A stretch of DNA of 64,000 nucleotides from positions 372,001-436,000 of the forward strand of contig JAHLTZ010000003.1 of assembly GCA_025786725.1 (NCBI GenBank), in the 5' to 3' direction. Positions within the stretch are counted from its first letter, which is position 1; the number at the start of each line of letters is the position of its first letter. This stretch comes from Syncephalis fuscata S228. Its lineage: Eukaryota > Fungi > Zoopagomycota. Below the pieces are notes generated by a model, which did no database searches, was not told the origin of the DNA, and was given only the letters and a program-made list of their open reading frames with translations. Positions 27,187 through 39,134 of the stretch are shown in pieces. The translations under genes and the position numbers were made by a program.

Positions 27187-29021
27187 ATGTTCACATGCAC
27201 TCTCACCCGGCTGACAGTAGCAACTGCTGCTGCCGTAGCGCTACTGGCCGCCACATTGGCACCCTCGGCGACTGCCTTGAGTGGCATGTGTGACAATCCA
27301 CGAACTCGTAAAGAAATTAACGATCTTTCCAGTGAAGAGCTGAAGAACTTTTTGATGCCATGCTTGCTGCTCAGAAGCGTCCAGCTCCTGACAAGCCGTC
27401 GTTCTATGATGACATTACGTATTTCCATCAAGCCTTTTCGGAATACACTCATAATTTGCCGATCTTTTTACCATATCATCGTATCATGCTTCATTATTTG
27501 GAAAAGGAGCTACAACGTATTAATCCGTCCGTTGATATGCCCTACTGGGACTGGTCGGCTGTATCTCAGTCGCCAGAAACCTCCGTCGTGCTATCACCCG
27601 AATGGTTCGGCACTAATGGCCGTGGTCCCAAGATGTGCGTTGAAGATGGCGTTTTCAAAGACTTTAAGCCTTATTTCCACGCACCCGAACATTCCGACTG
27701 TATCCATCGCCAGTACGATGGTGGCAATGTTATTAAGCCAATGCCCAGTACCGATATTATTGCTGGCCTTGTTGCCAATAGTAAGAACTGGGACGAGTTC
27801 CGCAGAGAACTTGAAGGTGCGGCCCATGGTCGAACACATAACGGTCTTGGCGGCACTATGAGTACTATGTTCAGTCCAAATGATCCAGTATTCTACATGC
27901 ATCACACCTACCTCGATAAGATCTGGTACGACTGGCAAAAGATCGATCCGGAAAAACGCGTCTATCAATTCTATGGATGGGACAGCAAAATGAACCGTGA
28001 ATCTAATCTTAATCATTTCTTGCCACAGCCATTCCCAAATCATAGAGTTGGCGATGGTATGAGTGTTCGTCACGCCGGTATGTGCTATACCTATCAAGAT
28101 CCAATTAAGGCATATGAAAAGTACAACGCTGCAGCATCGACACCAGCTACCGCAGTCCATGCTCGTCGGTCACTCGTTGAGCTTGAACGTCGAAATAATG
28201 ACTTGGGTGTAGAAATGGTAGGCACCGCGTATAATGGCCCACCATCCGGTACCGACCGTCGTTTCTTGACTGTACTCAGTCCTCCAGAACCATTACCAGA
28301 ACACTGGATTCTTATGATGGGTGGTAATGTTACCGAAACACGTATGCAGGAACGTCGCACCGCACGTATGTGTGACCAGCTTAACCGTGTCGAAGGCTAC
28401 ATTTCACCATCAGCACTATGGTATCAACAAAGAGCTTTGGAAAAACTAGTTGTCTCTGAAGAAGTGTTCTACGTCTACATTAATGGCCGCTTGGCTAAAG
28501 TGTCGAATAATGGTATTAACGAAACTACCAGTAAGCTTTCAATTACAGAGCGTATTTCCCGCATCAAATTCTCGTTTAAACAAGCCGGTCTCCGTATTAT
28601 TAATAGTATTCGCGAACGTGCTCGTGCTTTGCGTCGCATTATCGGCTGCGGTGTTAATCGTCTTATTAACCGATTCGAAAGTGCAACCAAGAAGATGACT
28701 AAGAAGGTGACCGATAAAGCCAAAAGCATATTCGAGAAGACGAAGAGCGCTTTGTTCAAGCATTTCGACGTAAAATCGGCCGATCTGAAATTCATTGGTA
28801 ATACTGCGCCAGTATCCACCAAAACAACAACGTCACTTATTAACCAGACTTTGCCAAAGCTGCCGGTAAAAGCTTGCGACAAAAAGCAGAAGATATCAAC
28901 AGAGTCGAGCATTTTAGATATGCCCACCAGCTCGGCTAAACAAAGTGTTTCAGACAAAGCAACAACTACTCTACTTGATTACAACAGTAATGGCCCAAAA
29001 ACTGCCACTTATATCGTCTAA
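27187..29021 (+). CDS. Secreted tyrosinase (type-3 dicopper) paralogue 1; one indel near 27355
   Basis: Signal peptide and RKEI in ORF 27187; CuA HNLPIFLPYHR, PYWDW, and CuB HGRTHNGLGG..SPNDPVFYMHHTYLD in ORF 27360. Confidence 0.9.
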
Positions 29022-29954
29022 GCATCTGCTAGTGGGTACCACTTCAGAACAACTATCTATTTGATTTACGTCTTTGCTCATGAAACTTTATAAATCATGC
29101 ACATTCTCATTAACAATAAATTGAATTGTGACTTTAGCACTTTGTTACATCCAAATATTAGCCACTATTAGATGTACTAACTCATAGTATAACTTTGGTA
29201 TATTTTTTATTAAAATATAAACCAAATATATGTGTTATTTTTCGTCAAGTTTATTAATCTAGCCTTTTGTTTTATTCCATTTCAATTGAAATAAGATAAA
29301 AGTATTAAAATGGACTATATATGTATGATATTTTCTAATAACGGAATGAATGCAATTGAGTATAGACTTGTTGTTAATATAATTATAGCGTTGCTTAAAG
29401 CTAATAGTTGTGTTGGTGTTAGAATTTATACGTAAAGTTAAATCAAAATAGCTAACTATCAAATAAATCATTAACATTATGATTATAACGCTTTGCTGTA
29501 GCTGTCATCAGATACTTGAATCAATATAGACATAGTATACTTGGCTTGATTTTTTTGGTTTCAGTTTTATATTTATATTATATATAGCTGTAAAGCAAAA
29601 CTATATATTACACTTATTTCATTATGTCTTTATTAATGTAATACATAGCACATTAATCATAAGTTATAATATTTGTGAGTGGTATATATTAGCACGCCAT
29701 CACTTTTTTAATCATAAACTAATATGCGAGCGCAACTATTGTGCTATTTAGGTAAAATTAATACAAATTTAGTAATAATTAATTGAATAAAATATGTTAA
29801 AAATGTTAACTTTTTACTGATTTAATAAGTTGATTTAATTAAATTGTGTTTAAATGACCATTCACAATAAATATTAACGTAATGTAATAACATTATTATT
29901 TTCATAAAATAGAATTGATTGTAACAGAACATTGTATTAATAGTAATATTAAAC

Positions 29955-30613
29955 ATTTAAACAATAAATGTAACACACTATTTGATTTTATTAAAACATT
30001 TGAGGCTGCTTATTGTTGTTGTTGGTCATGTATAGAAAGATTAATCAAATGTTAATAAAAGCCATTGATTGCAATTCCATATCGTTCCGTAGTTGTTGTT
30101 ATTGTTGTTACTACGTACAGTATGGTTTTTTGCGTCTGAATGGTCTCTTTTATTTTCCAATCTTCTACTGTTGCATTTTGGGCATATTTGCAATGTAAGA
30201 TACTTGTCTATGGTGACAAAAAGGTAGAATGACTAGTATTTCTGATGTTCACCATTGTCTTGAGCATTCTTGATATCAACTTGGTAGGCGCAGTTTATTT
30301 GCCGACCATTGATGAAGTAAATGGTCTCCATCATATGCAATAATAATAGGCTAAGTGTCTTTATAAGGAAGATCTGTGGTGATAGTTGTAACCAGAATAT
30401 ACGGCATGCCGTTGAGATTACTTGAACAGGTGTTAATGTAAAATAAGAGAAATAAAGACCAGGGATTGAATAATACTATTTATTGCTGTTCAAATACGCA
30501 TGCTATTTATATTGATATATTTGGCATTATTGTATAATATATTACTAAATAGAACAATAAATAGCAATAGGAAAAGAAAGTGAAATGAGTAAATAAAAAA
30601 TGTGGGGGTCAAA
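29955..30613 (-). mobile_element. Decayed Fanzor/TnpB-like C-terminal fragment, repeat copy 1
   Basis: About 660 bp, nearly identical to 38281-38939. With frameshifts the minus strand reads PIIIAYDG/PFTSSMVGK*TAPTKLISRMLK..VTIDKYLTLQICPKC..YGTIWNCN/MAFINI*LIFLYMTNNNNKQPQMF, resembling the Fanzor RuvC-II/Zn-finger/RuvC-III region. Confidence 0.6.
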
Positions 30614-31499
30614 TTAAAAATAATTTAATCATGCAAATATTACATGCTCAATCCGATGTTTTATTTCATATGTAGCTATACAACTTTTATTAATGGGCAA
30701 TAAATAAAAATAATCCACCATTTTCTCATTGCAATAATGTATAATATTAGCTGCTTATTTTGATAAATAATTAAATTAAGCATTATACGAATTGATTTAG
30801 TCGCGGTCGTAAAGTGCGAGTATATGAGAAGTTACGATGTAATTATAAATTATCGGTACAAACAACTGAGATTATAAATTATAACAACAATAGTAACTAT
30901 TTAATTACTAAAACTTGTTAATTCAATTCTATTTACAACTCTGTTTTCTGTGCATTATCTCGGCTTAACGTTGCCGCCGTTTTGGTCGCATCAGAAATAA
31001 TCAACTTCTTGGCAAACACAACTCAGTTCAGCATAGCTATAATAATTTGCTATAGGTTAAACTAGTAGGCCTTTGAGCTGCCGATTGTTTTTCCATTGGT
31101 TTCTGCTTTGATTTTTCTTTTATCTTCCATTTTGCTTAACTTGTTAAAATTAATTTTTAAAAACGCGGACAGCATTTAGGCCTTAGATGGTTACTAATTG
31201 ATATTCAATTCACAGTCACTATGCATTCGAAATTGCCGATATTTGCCGAGCTATTTGATGTGTCTAATCTAGTGTCTGCATATTGTATTGTATGTAATTT
31301 AGCCGATGCAATTTAGTTTACAGCTATGATTAATATTTTTTAAAACTGGTGTTAATTACCATATTTTATTATAATAAAAGTATTACAGAACAAGAAAGAT
31401 AAAATATAGTTTAGCAATTAGATCAGGTTGCGAAGTGTGGGCACTTTTTGTGTGAGATTGTGTGTAAAGACGTTTTGGATTAATTAGAATTATCCATAG

Positions 31500-32260
31500 A
31501 TGGTGTTAAGGGCGTAATCAGAGTATTATTGAATATTACACTGTTGTACCCATTTACTTCTCCGCCTCTTTCGTAGCTAAACCACTGGCAATTACTGGTT
31601 GCGCACGTCTTTTCAAATATGTTGTAATCGTTGATTCGTATTGCCATCTAACTAGCATTGTATAGCTGTTACCTTCTCTTTGTCAAATATAGCTTCAGTA
31701 TGTGTTCTGTATATCTGCCACACTGCTGCTGCATGCATTACGTTAATTTCTGGTATAGATCTGTTCCATGCCTGCGGTCCATTCAGTACATCCGCCAGCT
31801 CTAGCGGTGTTGATTGATGCGGTGATAAACAAATCCAATCTAGAAAACTACCAATTATCCCCCAAAATTCATCAGTGCGTTTACATTCGTAAAAATAGTG
31901 TAATAATGTTTCTGTGAAAGACATATTGGGCACATTTTAGTGGTGTTGGGTATAAAATGTGTTAATTGTGTTGCTGTGTTAACAGCACCATGCTGCATCA
32001 GCCAAATTAAAGATTGCTGCTTCGGCTCCAAATGGGTGAAAATACGTTTGACCATGATATCATTTTAATGGTTAATGTATTTCTTTCTTCTTCACTTCTA
32101 ATCCATCTATCCACACGTGGCTCAATCTTCTTTTTGTCTTGTATAAATAAACGGCCTCAGCTGAGATTGATAAAAATAACACGTTGGAATGTTTCATTGC
32201 TTAAAATGCTGTGATGCATCATTCTATAAACAGTACTTATTGCATAGTCGATTCCAGGTG
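31500..32260 (-). mobile_element. Non-LTR retrotransposon (LINE) 3' fragment with zf-RVT domain, degenerate
   Basis: KQQSLIWLMQHGAVNT..CPIC../ETLLHYFYECKRTDEFW..VWQIYRTHTEAIFD: a CCHC zinc knuckle typical of zf-RVT, with frameshifts and stops. Confidence 0.75.
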
Positions 32261-32958
32261 ATTTGAATTAGTTACTATTTAAATGATTCTAGTTGCACAA
32301 CATATAGCATGATAGGCCTGGATGTGATACATTTGTAAATTTAAAACAATGATTCCCCTGTAACAATCAACGTAGTGTCGAATGAAATGCACGCATGTAC
32401 CAATCAACACACCTTGTAATTTAAGGAATTATGACTGATCTATATATAGCAGTAAAAATTTGTATAAAAAATATCAGGTAATTTATTGAACTTATTTTTG
32501 TATTAATTTTACGCGTCATTTTGTATGCATGCGAATATTGGGGACCGAGTTATTCAGTGAAAGCAACGATAAAAATAACATTATTGTTTTTACAAAAACT
32601 AAAACAATATACTTGTTTTCACCAAATAGTTAGACTGTGTAATAAAAAATAATGCCAATATACCAATTTTTATCACATATGTACTGGACTATGCACATTG
32701 TTATCTCATTTGTATAAATGGTTGGCAGGTTCAAGTATAGACCGGGCAGGTTATGCGCTATTTTGTGTGCATGCAGATATTGGAAGCCGAATCGATAGAA
32801 TGGTAAAAACATTTTTATTGTTTTTTGCAAAATCAAACAATGCCTTGTTTTTACTAAATGATTAGACCGTGTAACAATAAAAAATACAGAATGGCGTACA
32901 TGTCTCTATCGCATATGTATTTCCCATTGGAATTGCCGCGTTATCGGTGTAAATAACT

Positions 32959-33021
32959 AGCAGATTGAAGTAAAGACCGGGCAGGTTAAAATTAGGACCG
33001 AGCAGGTTAAAATCAAGACTG
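32959..33021 (+). repeat. 21-bp tandem repeat x3, plus 1.5 units at 32724-32753
   Basis: agcagattgaagtaaagaccg / ggcaggttaaaattaggaccg / agcaggttaaaatcaagactg. Confidence 0.7.
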
Positions 33022-33159
33022 GCAAGCATTCTATCATGCCATAAATTTATTGGTACATGTACACCTCAAAACATTTTTGGATTGTTTATTGGTTCATATT
33101 ACACACCAATGGTATATCTCGTATACGGCAGTATACTAGCATCTCAACATAATCATAAG

Positions 33160-33167
33160 TATAAATA
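33160..33167 (+). promoter_or_regulatory. TATA box of micro-exon gene B
   Basis: TATAAATA 145 bp upstream of ATG 33305; the surrounding sequence is homologous to the upstream region of copy C. Confidence 0.55.
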
Positions 33168-33304
33168 GCCCACAAAATATACACAACCAACTGCGATATC
33201 ATCATCACACTCTACTTCTTGCTAAACACACACTACTCTTCACTCTATACCAAACACACTCTACTATCTCTTTTATTTGTTTGTCTTAACAAATCACTAT
33301 TATC

Positions 33305-35886
33305 ATGAAGCTTTCCATTGCCGCCGTTTGCACTATTCTCGTGGCTTTTGTGGCCAGTACAGCCATGGTAGATGCTAAACCAGCCTTAGTTCGCCGTGGT
33401 ATGTTTTAATAACAATAAATATGCTATAATATCTTGCTTACTAACAGTATTGCTAACTAATAATCATAATAGGTCGTAAGTTGTATTTATATTAACTAGC
33501 TAATTACTGATTATATGCATGCACTGTGTTTATCAATAACTTAATACTAATAGTCGGTAAGTGATATTATATATTGATAGATTATACATTAATTCTATAC
33601 CATGTATTATATATACCGACAACTTAATATTAGAGGAATGTAAGTTGCATTATATACCAATCAATTACTTACTAATTACATATTATGCACTATGTGTATT
33701 AATGACTTAATACTAATAGGCTGTAAGTAGCATTATATTGTTAATTTATAAATTAATTATATACCATGTATTGTGTGTATCAACAACTTAATATAATAGG
33801 GGGTAAGTTATATTGTATATTAATTGAATATTGGCTAATTTTATACCATTCACTATGTATATCAACAATTAATACAATAGCATGTAAGTTATATCCTAAT
33901 TAATTAGGCATTGGCTAATTATATATTATCTATTGTGTGTATCGTTAACTTAATATCAACAGGCAGTAAGTAACATTGTATACTAACTGACATACATTAA
34001 CTGTGTCATGCGCCATGTTTCAACGACTTGATATATTAGTGGGTAAGTAGCATTGTATATTGAATGACCATGCACTAATTATATACCATGCACTGTGTGT
34101 ATCAATAACCTAATATTAATAGATGGTAAGTTGTATTGTAAATGAACTAATTATTCACTGATTATATCCATGTACTGTGTATCAACAACTTAATATTAAT
34201 AGAATGTAAGTTATATTGTATACTAATTGAGCATTGACTAACTACATATCGTGTATGTGTACATCAATAATTTAATATTAATAGGCAGTAAGTTATATTA
34301 TATGTCAACTGACTATACATTAACTATGCTATTTACTATGTACATCAATAACTTAATATAATAGCTAGTAAGTGATATTATATATTAATTGTCTATCCAT
34401 TAACTATGCTATTTGATTTTATCAATTTTTAATATCTAACAGCCAGTAAGTAATATTATATATTAATTAATTATACAATAATCATATAATATTTACTAAT
34501 TGTACCAATTATTTAATATTAATAGTTTGTAGGTTATATTGTATATTATTTGACTATATATTAATTATGCAATTTATTGGTTGTATCAATTATTTAATAT
34601 TAATAGATAGTAAGTTGTATTGTATATTGAATGACTATACATTAACTATGCTATTTACTAATTGTACTATTTAATATTAATAGCTAGTAAGTGATACTAT
34701 ATATCGATTGACTATACATTAACTGCTATTTACTGATGATACTAATTATTTAATATTAATAGCTGGTAAGTAGCATTGTATATTAACTAACTATACATTA
34801 ACTGTTATTTACTGATTGTGCTGACTATTTAATATTAATAGCTGGTAAGTGATATTGTATATTAACTGGCTATACACTAACTATATACTATGTACTATAT
34901 GCATCAACAATCTTATTAATAGAGTGTATGTAAAAATTTGTATTGTTATGTACTAATCACATCCTATTTACTGTATGCATTAATAACTTAATATTAATAG
35001 GCAGTAAGTTTTATTTTGTATTAAATGGCTATACACTAATCATATGTTATTTACTGATTGTACCAATTATTTGCTATTAATAGGGAGTAAGTAACACTAT
35101 ATATTAACTGACTATACATTAACTATACTATTTACTTATTGTACCAATTATTTAATATTAATAGAAAGTAAGTTGTATTGTATATTAATTGGCTATAAAT
35201 TAATTATGCTATTTGCTGATGATACCAATTATTTGATATTAATAGATAGTAAGTGATATTTTATATTAATTGGCTATCTTAACTATGCTACTTACTGATT
35301 CTACCAATTATTTGATATTAATAGATTGTATGTATAATTTTGTATTAATTGACTATGACTAATCACATACTATTTACTGTGCGCATCAACAACCTTTTTA
35401 ATAGACTGTATGTAAGAATTTGTACCAATTGGCTATACTAATCATATACTATTTACTATGTATATCAACAATTTAATATTAATAGGCGGTAAGTTGTATT
35501 TTATAATAACTGACTGTCTAATCATGCTATTTATTAATTATACCAATTATTTAATACTAATAGCGAGTAAGTTGTATTGTGTATTAATTTTTTAATTACT
35601 AATTATATACCATGTACCGTATCCATTAACAAATCAATATTAGAGCAATGTAAGTTTTATTATATATCAATTAACTACGTATTAACTACATGCTGTATAC
35701 TATATGTATCAACAACTTAATAATAGGTCGTAAGTAATATTGTACATTAACTAATTACTCATTAACCACATGCTATACACTGCGTATCAACAACTTAATA
35801 TTAATAGGCAGTACGTAGCACTGTATATTAATGGCAATGCATTAATTATATGGTATATAATATCTTTATTTGTAAATACAGAATAA
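33305..35886 (+). CDS. Micro-exon gene copy B: 32 exons encoding a 64-aa secreted cysteine-rich prepropeptide
   Basis: Exon 1 33305-33398, 30 micro-exons (28 of 3 nt, 2 of 6 nt) each flanked by YAG and GTAAGT/GTATGT/GTAGGT/GTACGT, last exon 35882-35886. Spliced CDS is 195 nt: MKLSIAAVCTILVAFVASTAMVDAKPALVRR-GLEECWACMDECTTIYTTAECRKNNYCAKQCRK*. Confidence 0.88.
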
Positions 35887-36649
35887 TCGATGGTTCAAAA
35901 TTAGCATTGGTAGTGCAATCAAACTACTATCCATACACTTTAGGTATATATTCGGTGAAAAGCAAGACCATTTGACAACTACGCCGTCCAGTCTATTTAT
36001 ACATCAAGTTTTGGCCAATGCTCCGGTTTATCCAGTCTTTAACCAATAAAATTATTATTTTATCAACAAGCTTGCAATCAGTTGTTTCTATTCAACTGTG
36101 CAAGTTTATAGTAATAAATTTATGGTTTTATCTTAACTATACAATCAAATTGCTATATCTATAACCATGTTTTATTTGCATTCAATAATGACAATTATCA
36201 ATCAAATAGTTAAATTAATAACAAAATGTGTATAATTATATCGTCTAAGCTATAGGCATAGATTGGTATGGATAGTAGCAAAGCTATTATTATCATATAG
36301 CCAAGTAATATTATGCTGAAATTAGAATAAATACGCTTTTTAATAAAACATGGCAATAAAGCATACAGTATTATAAAACAAAATAAATAGACAAAACGAA
36401 TACGTGAATAGTAATAACAAAACTATACTGTATGTAATTAGCCAATAGCAATGAACGAAATGGATCAAAATCTGCTAAAAGAATACAGCTAGCAATAAAC
36501 TTTTAGCTTTTATTAATATAATTTCTACAATTTACAATATTAATGATATAGATGGCCATATAGTATGTGTATACAAGACAGATATGTACAGTACAACAAT
36601 AATGATAAATAAATAGCTTAATAACCAATGACACTCAACAGCCGGTTTC

Positions 36650-38062
36650 ATCTTCAATAAAGCGGATATTTTGTTTAAATGTGTGGCTATTACAGCTATT
36701 TAACTGAAAAAACACATTAAACAACCAATAGCGTGCTTAATATTGTGGAAAAATTTATCTTTATTTACTTAATAAAAATATCACAAGATTTAATATAAAT
36801 TAAGTGGTTTAAATGATTTGTCACAGCACCCTTTTAAGCTTTTTTGCCATGTTCCACAACTCTTTTAAATTAGAACATTGGAGCGACTACTGCAACATTT
36901 AAAAAGGAATGTTACGAGTAGATTGTTGTAGTTTATCAATGACAAATGTCATGTTGACGATTTTATTTTGCACATCTTCACTCTTGTTGATACACCAACT
37001 AATTAATTTAAGTTGATCAAAGCAATAACACTTTTATGTAATTCGGAATTATTTGATTGCTATATCTGATATTTAAAATACTCTAAATCAGTCTAATCTT
37101 ATTTGTTGGTTAGATTTAAATCTAAAATATTTATTAATTAAACAGTTTTTGTTTGCATTACACTTTATTTATTTTGATAGTTGCTTCATTAGTAGTTTGT
37201 ATTTATTCAATAAAAACGTTTATTTCAATATTAACTAAATTACATAAGCAGCTTTAAATTAAAATTTATTGCGTTTATTGTAATTGATTTTTTATCCAAG
37301 GTTTTGGCTTTGTAACACTTATTAGAGTTTAGAAATAGTGTAGATATATAATACTGCTACTCGAATAATCATAAATATGATTTTTATAATCCAGTTCATT
37401 TTAGCCTATTATCAGAATTTATACAATGCGACTTTTGTTATAAATATGCTAATGCGAGCTGTGGTTATAAGTTAAAGTCATTTGATACTAGTAATATTTT
37501 TGTATTAAATTGGTATTAAAACAACTAAGTTACTGCCATTTCTTTTTTTTAATCACTTGGTTAATGCTACGTCATTTTATTACGGATGTTCTAGCAATGC
37601 CACTCTTTTTTATCGGATTAAAAGTAGACCAATCTTTTTAATAAATAATAATAATACCTGTTGAGCCATTACAATTGTTATTATGTATCAAGTAATCAAA
37701 CATATACTTACCTTGCTACTTTAGCTTGTACGCCTTCTGGCTTTACATTTGAGTATGCAACAATATCATTTGTAATATATTTAATAACATATCTAATAGT
37801 ACCATTATCAAACTCATATGGACAAGCATTAGATGTTCAAAATTGCATTGGACAATTTTTACTAGGCCAGTTTTCTGCTTTCCGACAGTCAAAACAGATT
37901 AACATTTGTTGTTGGAATTGTTTTCATAAGAAGAAATAAAGTGCAGTTTTATTAAATCGCTTTTTAATATTTCAATCGTTAACAAGTTCAAACTTGTCAA
38001 CGGCAATCTTCAGTTCTTTGATACTGTCAAACATAGCTTCTTTAAGTATTTTGGTAGACATT
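36650..38062 (-). mobile_element. Possible highly decayed MULE-like transposase remnant
   Basis: Minus strand begins MSTKILKEAMFDSIKELKIAVDKFELVN, resembling the MuDR N-terminal FxSxxELKxAV pattern, followed by stop-ridden coding-like fragments. Weak evidence. Confidence 0.3.
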
Positions 38063-38280
38063 TACATGTATTTTCTTAATAAAAGAGTTTGATGGCTTAA
38101 TAATTTTATTTATGCTTATTTAAAACCGTAATTTATTATGGTAAATATTTTTTAAAAACTCACCATTTCATTCTGACTTTCACTTTTTGAGTTTTCATAG
38201 CAAAATTCGTTTCAATTGAAGTTGTACTGCTATAAATAACATAATTATATTGTTTTTATTAAAACGCTGTTAATAAATCT

Positions 38281-38939
38281 ATTTAAACAATAAATGTAAC
38301 ACACTATTTGATTTTATTAAAACATTTGAGGCTGCTTATTGTTGTTGTTGGTCATGTATAGAAAGATTAATCAAATGTTAATAAAAGCCATTGATTGCAA
38401 TTCCATATCGTTCCGTAGTTGTTGTTATTGTTGTTACTACGTACAGTATGGTTTTTTGCGTCCGAATGGTCTCTTTTATTTTCCAATCTTCTACTGTTGC
38501 ATTTTGGGCATATTTGCAATGTAAGATACTTGTCTATGGTGACAAAAAGGTAGAATGACTAGTATTTCTGATGTTCACCATTGTCTTGAGCATTCTTGAT
38601 ATCAACTTGGTAGGCGCAGTTTATTTGCCGACCATTGATGAAGTAAATGGTCTCCATCATATGCAATAATAATAGGCTAAGTGTCTTTATAAGGAAGATC
38701 CTGTGGTGATAGTTGTAACCAGAATATACGGCATGCCGTTGAGATTACTTGAACAGGTGTTAATGTAAAATAAGAGAAATAAAGACCAGGGATTGAATAA
38801 TACTATTTATTGATGTTCAAATACGCATGCTATTTATATTGATATATATGGCATTATTGTATAATATATTACTAAATAGAACAATAAGATAGCAATAGGA
38901 AAAGAAAGTGAAATGAGTAAATAAAAATGTGGGGTCAAA
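38281..38939 (-). mobile_element. Decayed Fanzor/TnpB-like fragment, repeat copy 2
   Basis: Direct repeat of 29955-30613 with only a few differences. Confidence 0.6.
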
Positions 38940-39134
38940 GTATAGTAGTCCCAAACACTAATATATTAAGTAATTGTATTTATTAAATGATAGAAGTATT
39001 CAAATAAATGACCGTGTTATTAAAAAACGTATCATCATTAAACAACTTTGACATAACTCATGTGTATCCATTGTATTTAATCAACGATATAGGCTTATAG
39101 CTTTTGTGCTATGATCCATCTATTGGATTTAGAC

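Noticed and set aside
27360-27452. Programmed frameshift joining the overlapping tyrosinase ORFs
   Set aside because: The break lies at a T homopolymer, paralogues 3 and 4 are continuous here, and similar indels occur throughout the window.
30013-30198. 61-aa ORF repeated at 38339-38524
   Set aside because: Antisense to the decayed Fanzor-like sequence; its conservation simply reflects the recent duplication.
33470-35815. CRISPR array or plain minisatellite interpretation of the ~80-bp periodic sequence
   Set aside because: Eukaryotic context with no cas genes. The invariant parts are splice signals and the variable 3-6 nt concatenate into a meaningful ORF.
29955-38939. LTR retrotransposon with 660-bp LTRs
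   Set aside because: No TG...CA ends, PBS, gag/pol or evident target-site duplication; the repeats are coding-derived.
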